Shown here: positions 1 through 10,784 of the stretch, piece by piece
Layout of the letters: the number at the start of each line of letters is the position of its first letter
How positions within the stretch are numbered: the stretch's first letter is position 1
DNA from: Bigelowiella natans CCMP2755
Taxonomy: Eukaryota > Protista > Cercozoa
NCBI GenBank assembly: GCA_000320545.1
Contig: ADNK01002562.1
Span: 1-34,041 of the forward strand
Reading direction: 5' to 3'
Length of the DNA: 34,041 bases
Position numbers and translations under genes: made by a program
The notes under the pieces: model-generated
Seen by the model: the letters and a program-made list of their open reading frames with translations, nothing else
Told to the model about the DNA's origin: nothing
Databases searched by the model: none

Positions 1-413
1 GTGCCGCACACAAATGTGCACATGTCAGACGAGGAATCTTTTGATGCATGATCAATTCATGACAACCAAACTAGCAAATTCAGCACAGACAGCTAGAAAT
101 CCACTAAGAATTACGCAGAACATGCGCTAGCAAGCTAGTGCGTCGTACATGCCACTCCAATTCTACTTAGTCTACATCACTAGAGCATTTACAATTACTA
201 CTGAGCAAGCATGTACGTCATTCACACTTCTAAGTGCACAATGAAATTTGTAAGCTACATCACTTCTCAACAACGACAATGCAGCATGGTGAAGCGTACA
301 CATCCTCTTACTTTTTGCATTCCGAGATCTGCAGTAGATTCCTTCATTTTGACGTGCACATGGTCCACCAACATACATGCCAACCTTTTTTAAAGGTGCC
401 AGCAAGAGATTTG

Positions 414-2872
414 CTAGCAACATCTATTTAATGCATGGATTTGTTTGGTATCGTGTGAGCTAGTCCAGAGCTTATACGATAGATGCCCCTTACCTTTTTC
501 CAGCCCGTTTGGCATGCCAAATATATGTCAGGATGTATGACACCGTGGATGCCATGGATAGTACATACACACGTACATTAAGCTAAAGTGATATTAAATC
601 TTCGTTCCATTGTTGACGCGTGCGATTTTTAGTGTTTGTCCCAAATCCAGACTTTCGGTTCGCAGACCATCTTGGGGAATGTAATTTGTGATTACTTACT
701 GTTTTGGAGCCTTCTTTGACCGCAATTACATTTTCTAAAGAACCACGAACTTGTTTGCTAAATATTTTTGAATCATCCCTTTCCTGAAACATAAAGCTTA
801 AGCTAGGATAATCGACATAAAGAACGAGTTAGCTCAAAAGCAAGTAGAATTTAGTACTTAGTACCGGATAATTTATAGTGCCGATTAGGTTTCCACCCAG
901 CTTCACCATGACCTATTTGTATTCATGAATCCTGACAGGAAATCTATTCCAAAGATTACCGTTATCAATAAATCACATACCGTTTCATCAAGAGTGAAAT
1001 CAGCATTTTTTTTGAACAAAGTCATTCTTTTTGGCCTGAAATCATAGAAATAATGATTCCTGGATTCCAGAAGTCTTGCAATTGATGCCCTACTCTTTCG
1101 AAGGTGTCAACTTCGTGTATGTCCAAGCAAAAGTAGATCGCTAGGCCAATAAAACATTCACCTTATACTAACGAAAGGTAAGTATCTTTATGACAAACCT
1201 TAAACTTTCCCCTTTTCAACTTCTTATGCTTCAGTTGAATAATTAAATGCATCATCTCGTACTAGATACCAAAGGATTGAAAAAATAAAAACAATTCGTA
1301 ATTTTAGTCATTCAATTGCTTATATTAAGCATACCCCATGAGGTGGAATAAGAATATATAAAGGGCTTCGCAAATTTCCTTCCGGGCTACGACTTGAACG
1401 CCCTTGAACCATCCCTAATAAAGAATACATATTAGAAGGAAATAATTTAAAAACAAATACCGACCTTGGGGATCGACAACCAAGATCTCTATGTGAATGT
1501 CTTTCTGGATTTGGTGCAAAAACGTCTTATTATTTTTGCTTTTGTTAAAATACTAAGGAATGATGTAACCTTTCCGGACATATTTAAATCAATCGTGTTC
1601 ACCAGCAACTAGTGAAAAATAAAATAGTTTACAATGAACGAATAGTTTTTCTGAATTGATGGTTGACGAAATTTATACATAATACATACTTCTACAACTG
1701 ATAACTTGTTCTGGTGATAGGTAGAGTTCGGATATGAATTGTGACAACTGTAGTGAGCAACTTCAAGCATATTTTCTTGTATCTAAGTCATATCAGGATT
1801 TAAGATTCATACTAGATGGAAAGGAAGAATTGAAGAGCGGTAACTATAAGACCTTTTTCATTCTCTTTATTTTCTTCTCGCTTGCTTTTACTTGTTCTTG
1901 CATCATGTCTGACATCCGACTCACCTACGATTTTTCAAAAATTCATCCTTGGGGTGTGACCGAGTGTTCTTAGATGTGTAGGCGTACTCCTTCTAACCTT
2001 ATTCTTCTCCTGTTTTAGTTTTTTAAATTTCTTTCGAAGCTCCACAGTATCAATGTTGCTCGACTCGCCAGAATCAAGAGACTGGCCTGAGAAGCATAGC
2101 ATTGAATATTTACTATGGTATAATAAGCATATGGATTTCCCCTAAATCTCGCTGGAGCTGCATTCAACTTCGAGGAGTTTGCGGTTTCAGAAATACTCTC
2201 TATGATGACATTAGCTTGAGTGTAGACCATCACAAAATCATATTCGTAGATACCTCCGATCGTGACATCAAATGCGGATGCACTTCGAGATAGCGGTGTT
2301 ACAGCAGTTTTTTGAGCCGACGCCAATTTAATCTGTGTTCATTAAATTTCTGAAGTAATGAGTTTTAAGTTGTGCATCTGATTCATGATAAATTAATCAA
2401 AACAATTTGTTTTTGGTAATGTCAGATACCTTCAGCGTCTTAATCTCAAGTAGAAGCTCCTTTTCACGATTCTAGAACGATGAGAATCTCAATTAGTAAA
2501 TATCATTTTTTTATTTAGGCTTTGTGGATACCTTGGTTTTGATATTATTCTCACCATCATACTCAGAGTCGACAATTCTCTGCGTGAAATCGGCAAATAT
2601 AATAGTTTTGAGAATCCGGGAAAGAAAATCAAAGGCATGAAATACTTCTCGCATGGTAAACTGACTTTCGTAAGGTTCTTAATAACGCCTTCCTTGATTG
2701 CGACCGTTTGTTTCAGCTGATAGGTGAGTTATCGATGTCATATGATACCAATTGCATGCTTACATGGTAGATTTCAAACACAAGCGAAAACCTCTTCTAG
2801 TTTTTCCTTCAGAGAAAGTAGCCTGGCATCAACTTCCTCGCTGTTAACCGCTGATTGCGACGGCATCTCCAT
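414..2872 (-). CDS. Multi-exon gene (~15 short exons): N-terminal coiled coil + AIDA-type C2 domain + possible C-terminal transmembrane tail
   Basis: Manual splicing from ATG 2872 across short AT-rich GT-AG introns gives MEMPSQSAVNSEEVDARLLSLKEKLEE|LKQTVAIKEGVIKNLTK|...TVELRKKFKKLKQEKNK|VSRMSDMMQEQVKASEKKIKRMKK (coiled coil), then KDIHIEILVVDPQG...HLIIQLKHKKLKRGKFK|RSTFAWTYTKLTPSKE|PKRMTLFKKNADFTL. By eye this resembles the AIDA C2 domain (recalled pattern FEFKHYKPKKRFTSTKCFAF...IELYKKPTDF). The 3' end is uncertain: stop at 490 if the last intron is retained, 414 if spliced. Confidence 0.7.
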
Positions 2873-3879
2873 GCGCCCGTCCCTCCTATATTAATCTATT
2901 GCAGTCATTGGTATACTTGCAGTATCATCTGCATGCGCTCGCAGCATGTATTACCCAACCACGGGAAAATTTCGATCGACCGCTAACAGGGAGGAGGGAT
3001 GCTCGCAGCCAAAATTTTGTTCGAATCTGCAGGCGACGGGCGTTATTTTTGTGCGACAAAGGTGAAAGATTTGTCGCAGGGAAAGTGCACACGGGGATGT
3101 TGAAAGCAGTGAGATCATGATATTTTGCGTAGACATGCTGCAGGTTTTCCTCTCTGCGACATCGACAAATTGCTCAAGCGGAGGCAAAATGGACGGTGAA
3201 ATCGATGAGTTTGTGATGCATGAGTGCGCTCGTCTTTTCGATGGCGCAAGTTTGTGCTAGAAATCCGCAAGAGAGGCACGAGAGGACCACTGTGCGCTCT
3301 GCCAGGTCATCCATCGCCCTTCCTTTCCTGTTTCTGCTCGTGCCCTTGCACGGCCTGCGAGCCAAAGTCCTGCTGTTCTTCTAGCTGCTGTGACATTGTT
3401 AGTCAAATCGTTTCCCGTGTGTGGAAGCCAAAGGTTGTTGCGCGTAAGGTGTTCACAGGCCGAGGCGCTACGTGCACAAGTAGGCAGGGGGGGGGAAAGG
3501 CACGTTTGCTTCCTTTTGAAGAGTTGTGTTTATTTTTATTAAAGATTATATTTTTATTAAATCGTGCACTGCGTAATCATTCGCGAAGCTTTCGCGAATG
3601 CCGCCGCACGTGGGGCAGCACACTTCCGGTGTGCTGCCATGAGTCCCGCCGGAACCCACGTGCCTATGCTGTATTAATATCTACGTTATCTATATTCTAT
3701 ATCCGCGACAACCCCTTTGTTGTCGCACGTGACTTGTGCCCGCGTAGTGGTACGCGCTACAAGTGCGTCTGCTGACACAGCACTAGAGCAATTCAATGTG
3801 CGTGAATCATTGCATTGGGCAATGCTGAGCACGTCAGTCGTGCGTCATGTTCATGTGACAACAATGATGCATGCACAGC

Positions 3880-5604
3880 TAGACAGTTCCAGAGTTTCTG
3901 AAGATGTGAATTCGAACTTGATGATGTACAGAATTTTGGTGATGTTTGTTGCTTGCAACAATCAGAAGCAACGTGTCGATGCTGCAGCATAGCCTCTACC
4001 GGTTGATTTGGGTGTGAGCACGGGGCAATTGCACCTCTTTACAGCATCTATTGATGCGAAATCCATGCAGTTGTGCACTATTATGTATTGCATATTCTGG
4101 ACAAATTCATCTGTTCCAGCTCGGCTGCCCTTGTTAGCTAATATCTTCATGATGCTCGTATCAAAAAGATTTAGAACCTAAGTTGCAACAATTTCTGATG
4201 ACAATTGTGGAATGAAGCCGAGCGAGTAAAACGAGCTAGGCTAAATTGTGCTAGTACCTTCTTCGCGGAACGCTCCGCCCGTGGTAATACATTGGATTTG
4301 AGTACCGAATATATTTGTTTAGCTGAAGTTGATGAAATCCGATTTAGCGCACGGTTACTCTATGAAGGGCACATGCCAGACTTCTTCTCTAACGAGAAGA
4401 ACTACTGAAACATTAAGGCACATAATACCTGTTTTGATTTCGTCGAAATCATTACTCTTGACCTTCTGCGCCAGCTCAGCAAGGTCCTTTGCTGTTTTGT
4501 TCAGATTGAATATCTGGGATATCGGAATAACCTAACATCGAAGGAGTGTCGTGCACAGCAGCAGCAGCGATGAGAGCAAGATGTCAGAAAGATGGACAAA
4601 ATAGTGAAAGAGCACAATTGAATTTATTCACAAAAATCTGGGAGTTTCTTACCACCTCTTTTTTCTTATTTGGGAATGCGTTAGAGGATGCTGCTGCAGG
4701 CGATGATGCCGATGCCGCAGGCACAAGACAGGTGCCTACGCACAACGATTTCACACTTCAGTAAATTATGGACTCTCACTAGAATTCCAGAGGATTACAC
4801 CCCCCTCTCGCGTTGTTCAGCACCATATACAAAAGTAAATCACGGGTCGGTTTGCATTTCGAAATGGCAGCGTTGTACTAACTAATAGCACCTATGGCCC
4901 ATGTTAGGAAAGGGCTAATATTGAAGTCTGCCATGAAGTGCTTATACTTGGACAGAAAAGGCTGTAGTATTGAGAACACTGCTCCGAGAGGCATGAAATC
5001 GGTGCTGCTAATTGATCCTCCTTTGGAATGGTTTCATGGTGCCGAAGATGAAAGGTTATCAAGATAGAAATGCTGATGCGGCGCAGTTTTTAAAAATGAA
5101 TTAGGCGAATCATCATGGACGCACAGTCCTCTCCCCCCCACCCCTCTCTCCTCCCTATACATATGAATATATATTATATAACAAACCAGTGGCACGGTGG
5201 ATTGCATTTAAGATAGGCTCTGGAGCTTGTGATTCGGTAAACTCTAAGCAGTCGTTGTTGTTACTACTGCTGGTGGTGCTGCTGCTGGTGGTGGCGCTAC
5301 TGGAGAATGGCTGGGGCGACGATGCTGCTGTCCTCCCATCCGAGCTAGATAGGCGCTCATTCCAAGCTAGCATTTCCCTATGGACCTTTTGTGTCGCACA
5401 AGGAAGCAGGAGAGGCTTGCGGTTAGAACATTTGTTGTTTTGATCGCGACACGACCATATAATCAATCGAGCAGTAACACCGGCAGAGAACGAGGGTGGT
5501 GATGCCCCCATGGCTGTTAATCCACAGCCTTTCTCCATCTCCACCACCCAATACATCAATCAATTCGGAACTGCGGAGATATTTACTTTCCAGCTCAGCA
5601 CTCG

Positions 5605-5635
<31 letters not shown>

Positions 5636-8600
5636 ATCATTACAAGTGACGAGGACGACAACAACAACAGCAAATAACCTGGGTGGGAGATCTATGCGCT
5701 GTGAAGATGACGATTTGTATCATAGCTGGCAAACACAACCATTCACGTGCATTCGTCACGACAATGTCGACGACCATAAAACGAGGGGAGGGATGGTGAG
5801 AAAAGGGAAGAAACAGTAGAGAGTAGACTTTCCAGTAATCGACCCTGAGACATACACCACTAGCGGCGAAGTGCTAAAGCTATATTTCTCTTCCTCCTCA
5901 TCTTCTCTCACCCATCACCCTCATCGTGCCCTCACCTCTATGCTGCGCGACGATATCAAACAAGCCGGAAAGATCAGGGACCATTGACGATTCCACCACC
6001 ACGTCCTAATGTGAGAGGGGATTGGCAGCAGAGAGAGAGCCGCCCTCAGCGACAATTGTTTTGGACATTCCCAAATTGTTTGTTTGCTCCCTGCTGATTT
6101 GATTGTCACAGGGGAAGACATTTCCGTTGCTATTGCTGCTGCTACTATCACTACGACTACCGCTACCACCACCCTACTGCTACTCACCAGCATTAGCTTG
6201 ATTCCTCTGATCTCTTCAAGAGCTTCAATAACCGACGTCAGTTCTCTTATTCCCTGTAACAACAACAGTAGCGGCAGTAGACGATACAACAACGATCACG
6301 TAATGTTACTTCATGTTTTGCGCTGCTATTGAACCCCAAAGTCCAACAATAAGCACCGATGACTCCTGCCTTGCGACACGGCGAGCCGTCGCCCTGGGCA
6401 AGAATTCATCGGTGCTTTTACTAACTTCCGACCTCAGCAATAATCCTGATTAGGTTTGGTGCGGTCTTCAAAAGGGACATAAGGATAATAATTGGGGGAA
6501 AAAAAAGACTAAAGCCTCCCCCCCCCCCCCCTTGAGCAACAAGAGAAGGATGACAAATCCGCACACACGCGAGCAAGCTCTTACTGAGGTAGTACCTCCT
6601 TCTCTAACCCACGGCGTAAGTATATCTTCAGGCTTGGGTACACACGGCCCTGGTCATCATCATTATCATCATTATCATTATCATTATCAGTAGCAGCAGC
6701 AGCAGCAGCAGCAGTAAAAGCGCCAAAAAGTCATTATTATAACAACGATAACGGCGATAACAATGGTTGAGGCAGGTAGAGACGATATGAAGCAAGAGTC
6801 GCCATAGGCTGCACCCATCATCAGTCTTTACAGAGGCAGCAGCGCCCCTGTCTAAACGCCTCCCCCTTACATCAACCAACCAAAAGGAAACGACGAGATA
6901 CTCACCATCATCATCATCATCATCATCATAGCATCACCACCTTTAGGAAAATCGTGTCCTTCAATCTCGAGAGGTCCACCATTCGATCGAAGGGGATGCC
7001 CACAACCACGACGAACCCCTTTATCGTCATATGGGGATAGATCGAACAACAAGCGCACTCGTAAAATTTCAGCGCGCAAGAGCAGCGGGAAGGCAGCATA
7101 CAAACCCTACATACCGAAAGCCCTCGTTTCCCTCGTTTATGAAGGAAGGGGAAAAATCGTATATTGATGTATCGATTGAAGTTTGTCATGCTCTTGACGA
7201 AGTTTTTGGATGTGTGGTGACGATGTTCCCCCCCCCCTCCCCCCCCCCTCAGAAAAAACGTCGCCATCCCCCGCACCTTCCGAACTCGTCTTTCCAGGTG
7301 GAGCAGCGTCTGGTTCAGCTTGCGAATATCAGCTTTCGGGACCTGAGAGGAGAGGAGGACCGAAGAAACTCTCAAGATGAAACGACAAAAATAAGTGCGA
7401 CGATCAGGAGCGTTATTAGTCTGACGGCATCTATAAAACTGATTATCATTGTTACCAGGCCGCACTCTAGCTTCACAATGCACTTGCTCCTACCAATTGA
7501 GGGAGGGGAGGGGGGGGCAGGGTGGTGGAGGGGAAGGGGAAAAGCGGCAAAAGGACGGGGAGCAGGATAACGGTCTAGTAAATTGAAGCACCGCAGCAGT
7601 TGTTGGCACAGCAGCTCGTGGTAGAGGCAACGACAAGAACGACGAGAATGAGAACAAGAAGAAAAGGGAAATCTTGTGAGGCAGCACAACTACTTTGTAG
7701 ACGACTTTTGCCCAATTGGTGCTACTAGATTCTGAAATCGAGCTAACTGCCTCTCCAGAGTGACGCGGCCTACAGATGAGACGGAGATTGGTTCAGATGG
7801 TGATTCATTAGCACGTTTAGGCAGTATAGTGCGTCCTCGTTATCAGCATCATCATCAATCGTCATCGTCAATATCCATTCATTTTCTCTGTCTCGCAGCA
7901 ATTCGCTATTGTTGATGATGACACTACTTTTGAAGGCCTGGCACTCATAAATAGGTAGTTCTAGAACAAGGGGGGGCTTGCTTCGCACTATTCTTTTGGC
8001 GGACGATGACGACGATGAGCCGTCTCCCTCTACGTTGACTTTCCTGCCCCCGCTCCCCCCGAAGTTCATCAATTTGATCATCTCTTCTGGAGAAGATATT
8101 CCGCCTTCCCAAAGGCTGTTCTTCGATCTTGTGCTGCCGCCGCTACTACCGATCGCAATACGTGTTTCCCTTCCTGAAAATCAAGATCATGGGTAGGGTC
8201 TCTCAACCAAAAATTCTGCCAAAAAACGAAGGGCTAGAGGGTTGGGGCTGCCTTTCTCAATACCAGGAAACTTACTTACTTTTTTTTTTTAAATTTTGGG
8301 GAGAAGATTCCCCCCCCCCCAGAAAAATAGTTTATGACAGTGATGATGAGCAAGAAACACACTGCCTGACCAAAAGACAGCATTTCGGCGAAGAATTTTG
8401 AGTCCTTCGATATAACCTATTCAACGACGGCGATTTTGGTGAGGCGAATGTGCATTTTTCATCACCTCTCTCAAGGTGCCCCGTTCACGATGCAGAAGAG
8501 GGAGTAGAGAAGCAGGAAGAAGAAGAAGCAGGAAGAACAAGAAGAAGAACAAGAAGAGAAACGAAGAACAATATAACACACTCTCAGAATATGTTTATTG

Positions 8601-9739
8601 ACGTAGCAGACGAACCGTATGAAATGCTCCGTGGTAGCTGCAGAAGGATACTAACTTAACCAGAGGGCCATAGGCTGCAACGCTCGCTGGAATGGTGTTA
8701 TTGACAAGAGACTCTCCTTCATTATCGTCGCCTCCTGCGAGGGAAAGCTCGCTCTTTCTGTCCACGAACGCGCACGTAGGACACACTGTACGAGTTTGGT
8801 ACAATATAACTTTTTTTGCATCGTGCCCTCTCCCTTTAGCAGTGATAGCAGGAGGCGATTTTCTGCTCGTTGTCGTCGCCATCAGCTGCTGCATGCCGCC
8901 AATTATAGTCTCTTTGGTGGGTGCTGCTGCGGTATCATCGCTGGGCCTCTTCTTGTTCTTCGCCCCGCTTGCCGTAAGAGACTCGTGGCATTTGTAGCAA
9001 ACTCGCACAAGTCGCATTACCTCCTGCAGATAGTGATAGTAGGGGTGGGGGTGAGGGACCGTAAAGTACAAGATCGTGTACACATTCACTCATGGTAAAC
9101 ACGCACGCAAACATCCATGGCACAGTATTAGCTATTTCACGAGGGCAGCCAATAATCAACAGGGTACTGGGTTTAATACAGCAATAATAATAACTTTGTG
9201 AGTTTATTTCCGAATATTGGTTTCCTCAATATATGTATTTATAAATTCATCCTACTTTTTGGTTAGGGCCGGCGCCATATTCCACCAGCATTTCGAGGTT
9301 TGTTGAGGAGCACGGATGGCAAACGAGATCCCCACAGGCACGGCAATGATGCCTGCAAAGCGAACATTAACACACAATTATCAAAATCTACGCACATAAA
9401 ACCACTGGCTGTTAGTTGTTGGCATAAGTTAGCCTATAAAAACTCAAAGCCGACCTTCTTCTCGTGAAAATGATGAAAGGTTTTTCGCATCTGCAAAATG
9501 TATCAGAAGGCAAGTAGGCACCATTAAGGCGCGAAGATCAGTATTAACAGGGACGCAGGACCAACCTCATGCATTTCGACGAAGCAGAATCTGGAAGCCT
9601 AATGGAATGGGAAAGGTACAGGGGAATGATATTTGCAAACTATTCGAACCCCAACGTACGGTGAATCGTACCATTCTTTATCGCCAAACTTCAAGGCCCT
9701 GAGGACTACTCCACGCTGCCCCTCTTGCTGCCAAGACAT
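3880..9739 (-). CDS. Multi-exon FYVE zinc-finger protein (large; C-terminal extent uncertain, possible degenerate VPS9-like end)
   Basis: Spliced N-terminus MSWQQEGQRGVVLRALKFGDKEW|LPDSASSKCMR|CEKPFIIFTRRR|HHCRACGDLVCHPCS...NQK|EVMRLVRVCYKC contains all FYVE signatures (WxxD, RRHHCR, RVC, 8 Cys). Further minus-strand exon-like blocks flanked by GT/AG occur at ~7770-8170, 7270-7340, 6190-6260, 5930-6130, 5160-5560, 4890-5030, 4430-4530, 4260-4360 and 4035-4178. Joining all of them into one gene is inferred. Confidence 0.75.
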
Positions 9740-10141
9740 CCTTTTTCGTTTTCTGAGGTGATTTCGCTGGGTAGTGCTTAAAAACAGAACAAATGGGGGA
9801 GGAAGGGAAAGATGTGCTCGCTCCGATGGAGATTCGCAGCGAGCCGTTCCGCCTTGGGTTATCGTGCAATGTTTCCGAGATTCACGGAGATTCGTCATCA
9901 AAACTCACGTAGATCTCCGGAGATTCAACATCAAAACAACATTCGGATCTCCGTGTCGAAACACAGGGCAATTTTTGCTTTAAGACAATGACTTCCATGT
10001 TGGCAATTTTGGGTAAAAGTTACCGAACGTGATCGGGTTGATCCCGGTAGTAACGGAGGTGCGACAAATTAAGTTTTATGTTTTCTCTCACGCTTAAAAA
10101 CCCACATCGAAGGAAGGACGAAGATCCGAAGGTCGGCCACC
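9740..10141. promoter_or_regulatory. Putative bidirectional promoter between the FYVE and ankyrin genes, with clustered GAGATYY motifs
   Basis: The start codons diverge ~400 bp apart. (G/C)GAGATTC occurs at 9828, 9876, 9886 and 9919; reverse-strand GGAGATCY occurs at 9911 and 9945. Confidence 0.5.
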
Positions 10142-10720
10142 ATGAGCGGGCCGAGTGAGCAGAAGCATGCGAAAACAGATGCTTTGAAGAAGGCGAGGGC
10201 TCACGTATTGAAGCGGCATCTGAGTCTTACAAGTAGCGTGCCGATTCTGATTCATGCGTCTGTGAAGTCTGGCGATTTGGAGGTACATCGGCGAGAATCT
10301 CGCCAAGTTGCTGTGACGACTGCACCAATAAATGTCGTCGTTTCGGTTTGTTAGGCGCTGAAGAAGCAGCTGAAAGGAAGGGAAATCCTGTTGAAGAAGC
10401 GCGTGGAGAGCATACTCGATGCTCTAGAAGAACACAAATTGGAGCTAAACGTAGGATGCATTTTCAATAGCGGGGTCGATGACTAAATGTCAAATTTGCA
10501 CCCCTCATCATACAGGAACTGATGGGCCAATACAAGAACACACTCGGTAACGAATACTCTGTGAAGGCTCTATGCATGAAAATGCGACTAATGGCACTAG
10601 AGTTCGACGACCTCTACAAAAGTAGGATACCACCGCTGATTGAGGACAAAGACGGGGACAATGGGTAAGAATCAACTACTCGCGCTACTCCTCCCGATTG
10701 TTATCCCATCATCTGTAGTA

Positions 10721-10784
<64 letters not shown>

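Noticed and set aside
2087-2140. Apparent GA/GG donor in the AIDA-C2 gene after ..APARFR
   Set aside because: In-frame alternatives exist (CCA|GCGAGA or ATA|GTAAAT joined to the GCCAG acceptor), so a non-canonical donor is not needed.
2954-3425. Possible TIR pair CACGGGAAA (2960-68) / TTTCCCGTG (3411-19)
   Set aside because: Only 9 bp perfect and no TSD. It may be a decayed element but cannot be supported.
3629-3660. Hammerhead-like words (CTGCCATGAGTCC..GGAAC)
   Set aside because: The CUGANGA and GAAA cores are both broken and there is no NUH site geometry. An HDV fold also could not be built.
3224-3775. 183-aa Cys-rich plus-strand ORF
   Set aside because: Non-ATG start, no recognisable domain, and it runs through a poly-G, an AT-rich spacer and the hairpin cluster.
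7031-7570. 179-aa plus-strand ORF and other antisense ORFs over the FYVE, USP, AKR and PreP genes
   Set aside because: They are antisense shadows of coding exons plus repeat-rich introns; no motifs.
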